Part shown: positions 35,701 to 49,769 of the stretch, in pieces
Layout of the letters: each line of letters begins with the position of its first letter
Numbering within the stretch: position 1 is the first letter of the stretch
From: Chrysomallon squamiferum
Taxonomy: Eukaryota; Animalia; Mollusca
DNA length: 64,000 bases
Direction: 5' to 3'
Assembly: GCA_012295275.1 (NCBI GenBank)
Contig: CM022665.1
Location: forward strand, 32,798,001-32,862,000
Made by a program: the position numbers and the translations under genes
Notes under the pieces: model-generated
Databases searched by the model: none
What the model saw: the letters and a program-made list of their open reading frames with translations, nothing else
What the model was told of the DNA's origin: nothing

Positions 35701-38700
35701 TTGAAATGCCTTCTCAGAACCTCTGTTGTCCCAGTTGTGAAAAAAACAAATGTTCATATTAATAACTCTATCTTCGACAGGAAACCTGTTCTGCCATCAA
35801 AGGGACTGGGCGAAAGATGGATGTCAACATAAAGAATGGGCTTCACTGGTTGTGTGGAATCATTGACAGTCAGTATAATGTATTGAAAGAAAGGGTGGAA
35901 CAGGATATAGCTACTGAGGAGGAGAAGAGGAAAATAGAAAAAGCTGCTAAAGCAGAACGAGTTAGGAAAATGAAAGAAGAAAGGTTTGTTGAGAAGTTGT
36001 TTGATATTACTTGATTTATTCATTGCTAGAACTGTAAATAATTTAATTAAAAATACTCTGTAGAATTCTGTAAAGCTACCAAACCAACTTCTTTGTCTTT
36101 GTTAAAGATTGCTTGTTTATTAATAGACATTCATATTTAGTATATTACAAAGTTATACTGAATATTTCCATGTAAGTAAATTTTGAAGTCATTTGGTTGC
36201 CACAAGAATTTTATATATACGGGATTGTTGATCCATTTGATAATATTTTTAAAGGCAAAAATATGATAGTGGTAAAATATTTATCTTTGGAAACAAATTC
36301 CAATAATATGTATTGCTATGTTTTTGTTTTTTCACAAACATTGAAATGATTTAAAAAAATTTTTTTGTTTTATGAAAATATAATTTGCAATGTCCTTTAC
36401 ATGCCTTCAGTGTGTCCTTATTGAAGATTTTATATTTATAAATTACCTATCTTGATGTCTTTTCTTCAAGATATTTTTCAAGTTATATGATTTTTTTTTT
36501 TTTTTTAGATTTTTGTATTTAAATTTATATTAATTAATTATTAAGTACTTTATGAACAGAAAATAAATTGTAAATTTAATTTTTCCTAATTTGTTATCAT
36601 TCTGTATAACCAGGGAAAAAAAGGAAGCAGAGGAAAGGGAAAGACTAGGTATAGAGAAAGAAGAAAGTGAAGGAGAAGACACGATTGATGGAGACCCATT
36701 TAAAACACTAGATGTCAAGGAACTTGAGAAAAAGGTAGTGTGAACAGTTTTCACCGGAATACCTATCATTTATATTGAAAGAGGTTTTTTTGTTGTTGTT
36801 TTGTTAAATATGTTTACCAAACTTGTGCAGAGCACTGTTTTATTTTTAATAATAAAACTCATTTTCTCATTATAATGAGTTTTAAAAATTGCTAGTTTGA
36901 TTATGAGTTTTCAAATTATGAATGAGGTTATAAATATTATATGCACCTTGTTGTTTTTTTCTTTCTTAATTTTTTTTTTTTTTTTTTTTTTTGAGATAGA
37001 GTAAGATAGCTTTGTAAAGTGTAATCAAATCTGTAATTTTAAATAAATTACTGAAATTCATTAAAGTAAATATTCCGGTGAGAACTGTAATAGTTCTCCG
37101 AATTATTCAGGACTGAAGCAATGTCTCTATTAATAATGTAAATCCAACAAAAACAGATTATCTTTTCTAAACTTCCTCACTTACTATTGCTAGTTAATTG
37201 ATAAAAATGATATCTCTTACATCTGTTAATAAAAAGGATTTAAATCTTAATTTGCATGCTTTAAATTCAGTGAAAATAGAAATTTAAAAAAGAAGAAGAA
37301 ACATATGAATGATTATTTTAAAAAAACAACAAATGTTGGTATTTGTTATTTAAAAAAATAATAATAATAAAATTTCATTATGATTTAAACAAAAATATTT
37401 ATTTTTTGACTTCCAGGAGCAAAAGTTAAAGGAGAAAAAGCGTAAGAAAAATGAACAGTTAAAGAAAATTGAAGAATCTGAGATGAAAACACCAGTAGAT
37501 GATGATTTAAACCATCTGCGTACACCAAGATCTACTAGAAACTTTGGACCATTGTCTGACCCACTGACATTAAAACCCACTTTACTTGACATATCAGATG
37601 TTGACCGATCCACTGAGGAGAGCGTCACACCCAGATCATCTCATCTGTTGCCTCCATTGCAAGAACCACTAGGAACAAAATTTGTAGTTGATGAGTCCAG
37701 TACCAAAAAGAAAAAGAAGAAAAAAGCAAAACAGACTGTAGCCCATGAAATTGAAGATGTTAACCAAGAAAATACAGTAGAAGCAACATCAACTATGCAT
37801 TCTGTATCAAATATTGAAGTATCAGCAAATACTCTGACAGACAACGAAACAGATAAAAAGATTACAGACATTCAGCCAGTTTTGTCTCGTGGTAACAAGT
37901 ACAGCACAGCAGATGATACTGGAGAATCTGAAGAATCACCTCCACAGAGGAAATCAAGAAAAAAGAAAAGCAGACACGGAAATGGATTTGTGCTTCAGGA
38001 TTTGTCCAATCCTATGGTAATGGAAACAGAGGAATCACTGAATAGCTCAGGTGAGATACCAAACATAAAACAAAACAGATTTAAATTCGTTAGAAATTAT
38101 AAATATAGAAAAATTACTTGCTGATCTAAATATTAACTTTTCTTTTATTTTTTCTTCCTTTCTTTCTTTCTTTATATATTTATTCCTTTTTCATGCAGCA
38201 TTTAGTGTCAACATAAATTAACATATTGTCCAGTCATTAAAAGGATCAATAAATTGTTTAAATTAATATACTCCTGAGATGAAAATAAGTTAGTTTTAAA
38301 TCTTATCAGTTTAATAGTACACTGAATATACTGATCCCTTTGGGGTTTTTTTCTGGGTGAATTTTATGAAATATTTCGGTAAAAAATATTTATATTTCTG
38401 GTCCTTTCACTGCAAACTTACCCATTATTTGTTTGTTTATTTAATTATTTTAAATATATTTTTGTGTTTGACAAATGCAACAGCTGACATTTTATTTTTT
38501 TTCTTTCCCTCAGTTTTAGAAAACAGTGATTTAGCAGATACAACTGAAGTTAGAAAACTGAAGAAGAAGAAAATTAAACGCAATCAGGTTATGCAATCTG
38601 ATGAAGAAACTAAGGAAAGTAAGTTTGCTGGTATACTGTGTAGCTTGGTTAATATCTGCAGTAATCTTCTGTACATTTTATTTTCAAAAAGCTTACACAG

Positions 38701-39380
38701 AAAGACCCCAAAATGTACTTTCTTTTCCAAATATTTCTAGGCTCTAAAATAATTATTCATATTAATCACAAAAATGATTTGTTTAACTATGATAGTTGTA
38801 AATATAAAACAATTGTAGGATCTATTAATTTGTTATTTGGAATGATAACACTACTAACTATATATTTCTGACACAGAAAAGTGTCCTAAGTTGACAAACG
38901 ATACATAAGAATGGTAGAAATCCAGACGCTTTTGCATAACATAATGGAAATGGTTGCTTACATTCAGTGTCTGTCATTCCTACCCATTTATTCGCAAAGC
39001 ATTTAACTGTGGTAGAAGTTACTTCAGCATGTTACTTGACCAACAGAAATGTGCTAGAGGTACATGGATTCAAAACTGAGTTCTATAATGGTCCCAGACG
39101 GATATATTGAAATGGTGCTAAACTTAGTGTCAGTCTACATTTGTAACATACAGTTTATTCTTTCATAACATAGCCACCTGATTAACTATTGATTGTGTTG
39201 TACAAGCTCAGATTATTATTGTTAATAAATGTAATTTAATTTGTGTTGTTTTTTTTTTTCTTTTGTTTTTTTTTACCAGCAATGTTTTCTACAAAATGGA
39301 ATTTCATTGAGGATTTGCCAGAAGTTGAGAATATGCCCTCCAGACAACCAAATATGGGTGATGACAGCATAATTCCTTGA
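32666..39380 (+). CDS. ARL13B: ADP-ribosylation factor-like protein 13B; join(32666..32724, 33600..33670, 34758..35010, 35295..35400, 35781..35983, 36614..36734, 37417..38050, 38514..38618, 39280..39380), 550 aa
   Basis: MFSLM N-terminus, GLDxAGKT P-loop, APTVGF, the ARL13-specific DLGGG (Gly in place of the catalytic Gln), LANKQD, coiled coil and long low-complexity tail. All phases are consistent. Confidence 0.95.
33600..33670 (+). CDS. ARL13B: ARL13B exon 2
   Basis: [23 protein letters not shown]. Confidence 0.93.
33985..34640 (-). mobile_element. Non-LTR retrotransposon remnant (RNase H region) in ARL13B intron 2
   Basis: [16 protein letters not shown]...[13 protein letters not shown] is the RNase H signature of RNH-bearing LINEs. 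Frameshifted and truncated. Confidence 0.8.
34758..35010 (+). CDS. ARL13B: ARL13B exon 3
   Basis: NIAPTVGF...[30 protein letters not shown]. Confidence 0.95.
35295..35400 (+). CDS. ARL13B: ARL13B exon 4
   Basis: [35 protein letters not shown]. Confidence 0.95.
35781..35983 (+). CDS. ARL13B: ARL13B exon 5
   Basis: [24 protein letters not shown]...[11 protein letters not shown]. Confidence 0.93.
36614..36734 (+). CDS. ARL13B: ARL13B exon 6
   Basis: [12 protein letters not shown]...GDPFKTL; phase 2 to 0. Confidence 0.88.
37417..38050 (+). CDS. ARL13B: ARL13B exon 7
   Basis: Corresponds to ORF 37483..38124 bounded by ttccag and CAG|GTGAG. Confidence 0.88.
38514..38618 (+). CDS. ARL13B: ARL13B exon 8
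   Basis: [34 protein letters not shown]; GTAAGT donor. Confidence 0.82.
39280..39380 (+). CDS. ARL13B: ARL13B last exon
   Basis: Long polypyrimidine acceptor; [17 protein letters not shown]...DDSIIP*. Confidence 0.8.
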
Positions 39381-42300
39381 TATCAGACTTCATAAATGTT
39401 ATTTAAGCTGTATTTTAACAAATACATGAAATAAGGTCATAATTATTATTTTTATTTTTACATTTTCACTGGTTTAGGAATTGTAAGAATGTTTACCTAA
39501 AATTAAAATGTTATTTTTATCTTCTGCATTTCACACATGGAATGCCATGTGTCTTTCACTTATTGTAAAGTGTGAATTGCTAGTTAATTAAAATATTTTA
39601 TTTTGCATGTCTGGTTTAGGCCATATTGACCTTTAAAATACAGTTAGCAGGCAATGCTAAATATCTATTTTTAATCAAAATGTTTCATAAACATTGATAT
39701 GATTTTTCATTTTATGGAAAAAATAATTTGTGATGCCATTTTACATGACTTTAAATGAGGACGAATCAGTGGTTCCATTTTTCCCTTCTTTTTTTCTTTT
39801 TCTCTTTTTTTTTTTTTTTTTCAATGGTAAACACTGGTTTTCTTATTATGGAACTTTTGTTATTTTTATTTTTGAAATATTTCTCTTTTTTAATGGGATG
39901 AAATAAATACCCCAAATTTCCAATTGAAGAATGCTGTTTGTAACTTACAGCTTGTCATCTGTGATAATATATTTTCATGTCTGACAGGTAATGTGTTTGT
40001 TAATAAAGAAAATGGAATCCTTTATATGCATTTTAAATGATAATCGTATTGGAAAGGAATATTATGTAATTTAGTTATAAAAAGTATAATAATAGCCATA
40101 TATTAAAATTGTATGTTATAATTATATATATTATTCATAATGAATATTTTTAAATTTGATTTCTTTATTTAATTTTTTATTATTATTATTATTTCTTTAT
40201 TGATTTTTTATTTTTTTATTTTATTTTATTTTATTTTATTTTTTTTTGAAAAAACAAAAAAACAGAAAGGTAATCATAGAATATAAACTTTTTTGGGATT
40301 TTTTGTTTTAGCCTATGAATTAAGAATAATGAGGATTCTGAGATTTGGTGCCATATGGTTTGTTTATTTATTTATTTGCATGAAAATTATTAGTAACTTG
40401 ATAAGAAAAAAATTTCAGTATGTATTGTCTAAATTGGTAAATAGCAAACTGTATTTATAATGGGTACATATGTTCAATTAACCTATTTGCTAAAATAATT
40501 TCATTTAGAGTTTTTGTGAATTTACCTTAACTTATGAAGATAAATTGCATTTGATACATATTAATATTATGTAAGTTTTAAACTTTGTTTTTGTATTATT
40601 TTTTTTATTAACTTGTTTTTAATTCAAGGACATGAATCTTCAAAATTTGTGTAGTAATACAATGTATAGAAGTATGTAACATTTAATTTTTATCTGCATA
40701 GTTATTGTGCATAGTTTAAAACAGAAAAATGTTCTCATCCTTTGACATCAGAAAGATATACACTAATATTTGAAAGTCATACATCCCTTCTTTTTTCTGT
40801 TTTTTTAAATGCAGTCTATTGTATGTGTGTGTGGTATTTTATTTTATTCATTTGATTGTTTACAAAGATCATCAGTTTTAAAATCAAAATTAATAGCATT
40901 TGAAACAGTCACTGGATATATTTTGTATTAAATTTTTGTAGTATTAATATTCTAACTGTTTTTCAGAAACTTATTTTTTCATTAATGCTTTTATATAAAT
41001 ACCTCCTATTTAATTAATCCATACATTTCATAATAAATGTAATTATAAATATGTATTACACAAATTTATATTAAACAGATTTCACATTATTATAGATCTC
41101 ACATTCACATCTGTTAATGATCTGAATACTGAAGGTTTCAAAATATGCAAATTTTCAGAATTTCTGTAATAATTATTACAAATGTTGGTCTAAAAAAGAA
41201 AAGTTTTTAAAAATGTTGTGCTTAATGTATTTTGTTATTGGTGAATGTTATTGTATACATGACTCTGTGATAGTTTATCTTGAGCAAACCCAGGATTTCA
41301 GAAAGAGGTGTCCTAACATAATATGGATGTAACTTTCAACTGCTCTTTGCCCCTCGATCTGCATATGTTTTGTTGTCATCCGTCCTATTTTATTTTGTGC
41401 TGGTTAATATTTTATTTCAAATGTAGCCTTATTAAAAGAATTCCACAATATATGTAGTTTTCACATTAAAGCCACTTTCTCTATTTACATATTTTAACAT
41501 CAAAGCAATAGATCTCATAAGCAAAACTTGGACCCTGCCAATCATAAAATCTGTAAAAATTAATTTACAATAACATATTCATGTTTAGATAGCATTGGAA
41601 ACAAGATATTTAATGTATTTAATTTAGAGTGAAAATACATTGAATTTTACAAAGTAAATAATAATTCATGACACATCATGGAACATTCAACTTACAAGAA
41701 TAATTTAAAGATGAGAAAAATTTAGACTGAACAAACAACTTGATGTTAATAGAGGAATTTGGCTTGCAAGTTACACAAGTTATAATGCAATTTTAATTTT
41801 TAATTGACCGACACTGTTAAATATATTTCATTCAATAAAAATGCAAATATTCCATTAACTAAATAGAGATTCTGTGTACATGAAACATGTACTTTAGCCT
41901 TCATTTATTAAAACATCATTTATGTATAATTTTAGGTTAGTGAACTATATGCATATTTCCTATACTGTAGTATTTCATCTGGTTAACAGATATTTGGTAT
42001 ATGGGTAATGTGTTAGTAATTCACATTTTTAGTGGCATATAATAGATACATGTATTTCACAACCCAGTGATTACAGATAATTTACAGTACAAATGTTATC
42101 AGTGCCACTGATTAGTAACTTACTGTTAACGATCTACCATTGTGATTTGTACTCCACAATTTGTAAACAGCAGCATGAACAGTGATTTTGTATAGGTGGG
42201 GTTAAATGACATTGTCTGTCACAAATGATGCAATTAGTCACTGTTACATAATTCTTTTTTTAGAATAATAATATTTGAAAATAAGCAGATTTTAATTGTC

Positions 42301-43473
42301 ACTGAAACGAATGGACACATTCAGTATTTTTGTTTATTTGTAATATTTTATTTAAAGTGTACTCATGGAGGCAGAAACAGCCTGAACATAATTTATATCT
42401 TTGGGATTACTGAATTTTCTATTAATAAATAATGACATAATAATAACCAGTTATGAAGATATATATAAGGTTTTTGCGACTTATTTTAGACAAAAGGTAA
42501 AAAATAAATAAAAATAAATGCAAATGTAAAATAAAATCTTAAATATCCTGTCTGTCAAGTGTTTTTAAAATTTCATTATTATAAAGACTGATGTCGAAAA
42601 ACAATACATTTACTTGGTAGTGCTTATGCTGTTTGTTCACATTACTAAAGGTATTGTTGAAGACAGTATAAACAGTATTTGTTATAAAAATTCAGTCTAG
42701 TTACACATAATATGGTATTTTTGAAGATTAACAGAACTGGTTTCCTGATTGTTATGTAGATTTTTTTATACTGTAATCATTTCTATACTTTTCAGATTGA
42801 GAGGAACAAAAAAATAAAGAACTCTATATTTATTCATTCTTGAAATCTAATTAGAAAACAAATTAAATAAACCCATTAAGCAAAAAAATAAATAAATAAA
42901 TAAATAAATAAATTATAATAATCACCATCATCATCTTAAACACAGAATTCCAAAACAACAGTATTTTGCCATAACATAAAGAGGCTAAATACTACAAAAT
43001 GTGTAGTATGTATGTAAAATTAAACTTAGTATTTGTAGGTATTTATGTTCTTTACAAAATATATTTGATTGTAAACATTTACTCTGTCTTCATCCAAAAT
43101 GTTATTTTTGTAACAATATTGATTGACATTAAAAAATATTTAAAAGATTTTCACTGTGATATTACATGTAAAGATGGTATAAATAAATTTTGATTGGTTT
43201 TATTTCAGTTTGTTTACTGCAGAAATAAACATTTCACTTGCACCTTGTTTTTCTTTAAACTTTGTTTCGTAATACAGATGTATTTACTTAATTTCTTTTT
43301 CTGCTACAGTATAGTATTGACAACTGAACTGATATTTATCAAGAATCACTTAAAAAGAGGACCCCAAAAATATGATTTTCAAATATTCATTCATACATAC
43401 ATACAGATACACACACAACATGCAGACATATACACCACATCACACAAAATTTGGACATACATAATTTTTGTTT

Positions 43474-43740
43474 GCTTATAATTTCAAAATAGCAATTTGT
43501 GGACGTAATAGGTTAGTGCTTTGTACACACATATGCAAATATTTGTTTACATGCTTATAACCTCAAAATAGCAATTTTTGGATAAAATAGGTTAATGCTT
43601 TCAGCATACATATATACATAAATACATACATATATACATTTTTTTTACATGCTTATCTCAAATTATATATTTTTGGAAATAACATGTTAGCAATTTAAGC
43701 ACACACACATACACACATACACACACTCACACTTGCACAT
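43474..43740. repeat. Diverged ~80-95 bp tandem repeat, 3 copies
   Basis: gcttataa.tcaaaatagcaatt...ggttagtgcttt...acacacat recurs at ~43474, ~43553 and ~43651. Confidence 0.7.
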
Positions 43741-44850
43741 ATTTATTTAGTTAAAATATTAGCTGGCCAAAAATTTAGGATATATGCCAAGTATATCTAC
43801 CACATTACATGTATTTTTAGTTTCTATTTTGTTTTTGACGTTGTATTCTAATTTATATATAATATGTGTTAATATATATGTTAATCTTGTGTATTTATTT
43901 ATTTTATTTTTGATATATATTATCAAGCTAGAATTGTGTAGCAGAAAAAATCAACTACAGTCCCGAATCAATATTTGTGAATATTTGTTCTCAAGATCCA
44001 TTCAGTGTTCCAAACAAATGGTATTGTTAATCGCTATAATGCTGTTTCCATTCACTGTCTCGTTCTTTACTGGGTTAAAAATGTCAAAGGGTTGAATGTA
44101 TGCATTAACATGCAAGGTTTGTTAGATAAGAAATGTATATATGGTGTGTGTGATTTTTTTGGTGTAATAATTTTGTTAAGCAGAAAAGAGCTAGAAAAAC
44201 CAAAACAAAACCCAACAACCCCCCCTCCCCCAGAGAATTCTTATTTATGATTTTGTTGGTATGGCCCATGCTTGGATAAAGAACTGTAACTGTTCTTTCT
44301 CCCCTTCCCTTTTTTTTTCCAGATGGTTCAGTGAAAAATAATACATTTCTGTGGAAGAACAAAATGTGAGTCATTGACATTTTGATAAACAAATAATGTA
44401 ATCTGATATCTCATTTGAAGCAAAATGAATTCAAGTCTAGTTGTGGAACAAATTTAATTTAAAAAAAGTATAAAGAAATATAAACATCTTTCAAAATCTT
44501 TGTATTTGAATATTTTAACATAAGCACAAAATCATTGAAAAAATAAAAAATAAAAAATAAATAAATGAATAAATCCCGCGAATTACTATTTCGAAAGCTA
44601 GCAAATTAGGAACAAAGCAGTTAGTGTAGAACTGCTAACCTAAACGATCTATAGCCAGTACTTGTAATAATAGAATATGATATCATTGTCGAAACCACTG
44701 TTAACAGGATAAAATGTTCTTTTGACACTAGTATGTATAATGCTATAATATAATAATGATCCCACAAGGATACATATACAATATACAATATGCGGTCTTC
44801 TCGAAGCAGTAACGAACAAAAACTAAAACTGTACAGCATTATCTTTCATT

Positions 44851-44882
<32 letters not shown>

Positions 44883-45152
44883 GGAAAGGAATAAAATAGC
44901 GATCTATTGCTGTCTAAGCATTTATGAAACTGTTTCGAAACTTAATTGCTGGAGAAGGAGAAGGTGTGAATCTAATATAAATCTAATGAAGCTTAAGCTT
45001 CAAGGTGCCTAATCCAGGAAGCCCCTCCCCACAGAAGCGATTTTAGTATATAAAGTTCAAACTTTAGGGCCGCAAATTGAATTGGAAAGAGATAAAGAGA
45101 CTGATACAAGAATGAGAGAGAAAGAGAATGAGAAAACTTAAGAACGACAGTG

Positions 45153-45195
<43 letters not shown>

Positions 45196-45762
45196 AAAAA
45201 CAATGCCTATAATATAATGTTTAACGATTAATTTCTCCTACAAACACCAGAATCAATAACCCAACAAAAACGCACTCATTAGTTGCGTAACAAAGCTTAC
45301 TAATGTGAAACTAAACTAATATTAAATGAAATGGAAATATTCAAATCTTTGTAATTATTTTTTTTTCCTGTAGTATAAAATAAAAAAAAAAGAAGATATT
45401 ATTCTCAACTTCGAGTAGTCCTTACAAAGTTAATAATTGTCTCATTCATATATCGATCAGCAATACAAACATTAAGGGCTAGGGCTTCAAACGCTTCAAA
45501 TCCGTTGTACAAAAGCGCTTACCTTACTACATAACAACAATTTGAATAGCATTCGAATCGGCGAGTTTTCAGGTTAAGGCCGAAGGCAAATGAAAAAAAG
45601 TGAGAGAGGGAATTAAAATTGTGACAAGTTTTACCCTGTCCGATTTTTTCACTTGGTGAAGTAGGAACGAATGTGTGCTTGCTCTTCAATGTTAATAGTT
45701 TAAATCCGTGTAACACGGAGCAAGAAGCTACGGATTTTGATACAAGTGACAGAGAGGTTACA

Positions 45763-46290
45763 ATGTCTCAGCGTAAGCCCGAAGGCACGTCAGTAGATTT
45801 TGAGCCGGGTAAGCATTGTTACCAAAATTAACTGTCGACTGTCAACATTTTAGCACTCTATTGTAGTGAATTATGATGTTGAAACAGTGTAAAGTTCTGT
45901 TTATGTATTAATAATATATCAAATTTTATATATAACGTTACATATATATGTATATGGTATGCATATGTACAACGTGTATATGTTTCTCTGTCTGTATAAA
46001 TAATTTATATATGTATACGTTTAAATGCATATGCATTTGAATATGCTTATCAATATGCATGTATATACCTATTTATTTATATGTATGTATATGCTAAATA
46101 CATATGCATTCATGATCTGTGTCTCTGTAAATAATATAGCACTATTTTACGTAGGCCTATGAACTGGCTTTTTATCAGTAATAATTTATTTGTGAAAACT
46201 AACGAAATACCCATAATGTAAAAAATTTAATAAATAAAAAAAAGAATTAAATAAAAAGAAAAGACAGATACTCGCACAGGCATATTTCAC

Positions 46291-46331
<41 letters not shown>

Positions 46332-46794
46332 TTTTTTTTTTTTTTTTTTTTTTTGTTCTCCCAAACAACCACCTAAACAAAATCCTTAAAAAATGAACCA
46401 ACCCTATACTGGCTGCACTGTCTTGCTATTTCGTTTAACTTTGTTAATTAACGTGTCCATTTGTATTTACATTTAATTACAGAAATATTTATTATATCTG
46501 GAGACACTCTGGGAAAATCTTCTGTACTTTCAATTATTTAAATAAAAGTGATCCTATTTTTCATTCAGAAACATGACAGGACTTGTCTTTTGAAATAGAC
46601 TTGTATTTAAAAATAAACTAGCTCTTACCCACAGATATAACGTTACATAATGAAAAACCAACAACAAAAGGCAGTGTGTTGTGTCTATCTGTGTGCAAGT
46701 ATTTATTTATTTATTTATTTATTTATATAATGTTTTCGTGTTATTTTCTTCTTGTTGTTTCTTTTTTTTCTTTTCTTATTTTATCTATTTTATG

Positions 46795-46827
<33 letters not shown>

Positions 46828-47480
46828 CAAGGATATCATTAAGTTTTTATTGAATTATAGATGACGTATTTTACAAGAAAAATATAAATTGTAAATTTTA
46901 CATTTGCAAAGTGTCAACGTTACCACGTAAGAATATTTCAATTTCTTATAAATTAAGTGTTTACAGATGCGTTGTTTTGTAGTTTGGGTTTCTCATCTTA
47001 TATAGTCATTATTTAACTGATGTATGATAAATACACCATAAACTCAATTTGCGGTTATGTGTAAATCATAAGACTATTGTGATATATTTCTGACGATCGA
47101 TAATTATAATATATCTTTTTTAGACTTCTTTTTTTTTATCAAGTAATAAACTGCATATAATTATTTCTGCGATATAACTGTAATGGATTTTATAATTATG
47201 GTTAATTATCATAGCAAAAAAGGTAGTGTTTATAGCATTCTTTGCGTAACAGTATAACACGAAAAAGTTTTAAGCCAGGCCACGTGGTTTCTTTTGAATG
47301 TTAAAATGAAAAAAAAGAAAAAAGAAAAAAAGAAACAAGAAGAAAAAAAGCTGTTAAATAGGTTTCAATAATCTGAAGTAACAAAGAAGTGAAAAAGTTC
47401 TTGATGGTTTGGTTTGCGTGACTAATCTAAATATCAGGATTGTAATAAAATGCAAACCGCACAAAACACACAAAACAAAA

Positions 47481-47522
<42 letters not shown>

Positions 47523-48416
47523 CAAAACAGAGAGTAAAATTATACATAGAGTTAAGGTTAGGAAACAGAGTGATATTTCACAATATTAATAATTCATATT
47601 ATTGTAACAATTTTTCGTTATTTGATTACATTTTGAAATTATTTTAGCATATATAATGTCGATAAAGGTAAGAAGGGAATTACTGAGTGAATGTCGATAT
47701 TTAACAAACACATTCATGCTTTCACAGACATATGCATGCATGTACATGTACCAGCAAAATATAAATATCAAAGGTCATGTACTTTTTTGTTTCTTGGAAG
47801 AAAATCATAACTGGAACTGTAGCTTTCCTCTTTCATCATCATTGTCTATCACAACATATAATCGTACATTTAATACGTCATTATCCATGTCAGTGACACG
47901 TTGGAACTGACTATGATATTTCAGCTTTATATTCCCTTTTAATTAAATAAAAGCTTCCTAATGAAGAAAAACGATCCCATGACTCTTGCACCTTAAAAAA
48001 GACATTCGTGCGTTTAATTCAGCTAAAAGTAACGTTTTAACCTCATATAATTTAATCACATATAACACCAGTTCATCTCGATAATGTTATGCCAACAATA
48101 GTAACTGCCTCACAAATACAAGTTTAGTTGCAATGGTCTAATTATAGGATTAGTGTAGTACACGAAAATGTAATAGCATGATGATAATGTGCATGCAATA
48201 TTTGTATATATTTGCAAATGAAAGTTCTTTAATTGCGCATTCACACCGCATAACTTAAGATTAACTGATCGATATATCAAAGTTACTCTGACAACGATGA
48301 TGGCTATGAGCAGTCATAACTAGAGCCTGCCTTGTTCTTTTAAATCACTACTGATATACCTGTTAATTACAGCATAACGCAATAACTTTGTTTACACTTG
48401 CATCAGAGAAGTTGAG

Positions 48417-48494
<78 letters not shown>

Positions 48495-49091
48495 CCCTTT
48501 TACCTTGGCAAAACGAAATTAATACATGATTCCATTTAAAAAGAAGCATAAACACAAGAACAATATATATTATATATATATAATAAAAATACAGAAATTA
48601 CACATACATTATCTTGAGCTAGTTTATTAGGTTTCTTCTTTCACCCTACATGAACTTGTCTGTACGTGCGCAGTGGATTAACTTGAAAGTTTAGATTAAA
48701 CACCAATTCACGTGACCGTAAGATTACCAAAAGCTATAAACGTCTCATGTCATTGGACAAGATTGATGTTTACGTGTCAGAGGTTACTACCGCTTCTTAA
48801 TTCGCGCAGGTTGATTCCTATCACTGTTTTCGATTGTTGTAGATTGGTAAGTAACAATTTTTGCTTTTAAATGTTTTAGTTGTTAATTATATTTAGTCAG
48901 CAGTGTGCAGAAAAAAAAAGAACTAATTATAATAATTAGAAATAGTAATAGCAGTAACTGTAATAGTAAAAGTAGTAGTAGAATTAGAATTAGTAGCATT
49001 AGTAGTAGTAATATTATTATTTCTTTGCTTGCTTACTTTATTTGCTGTTGTTGTTGAATCATTATTTTATTACATGTATTATTGTTATGGC

Positions 49092-49125
<34 letters not shown>

Positions 49126-49673
49126 AAGAAATAAAGAAAGAAAAATAAAGAAAAAAATAAAGAAAAGAAAAAAGTCCCCCCCCCCAAAAAAAAACCCCTA
49201 CCTTTTTCTTAAGATAATAATAATAATGATAATGAATATATATATATATATAAGTATATATACATATACACATACACACAAATATTCCGTCTACGCACAC
49301 TGACAGTCTATGCACAAAATTCGTTTAGGTGAGAAAAGTTAATTGTCGTGTTTGGCTGAAAGTGTAGTGTATACAAAACTGCGTGGTCGCTAAGTTATCA
49401 ATCAGTTTTTGCACATACACTTGCTTTGTGTGTATGTCTACAAGAATTGATCTCAAGCACTTTGTGTTCTCGCCAAGGGTAAGGCGAAAGGGGCTTAAAA
49501 CTTGTGACCTATTAACTACAATAAACCAAGATTTCTAAATGTCTTCTGATACTTGTTTTCTTTTGCAATAAGAGATAATTCAAATAAAGAGAACTGTTAC
49601 ATTATGATACTTATGGCTGGATTTTGTTTATATAAAATATTCTCTTTTGGCTTGTTGTTTACTTGTGGATAAT

Positions 49674-49769
<96 letters not shown>

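Noticed and set aside
39381-44900. Many short hydrophobic ORFs downstream of ARL13B
   Set aside because: Composition-driven ORFs in AT-rich UTR/intergenic DNA; no splice-consistent model.
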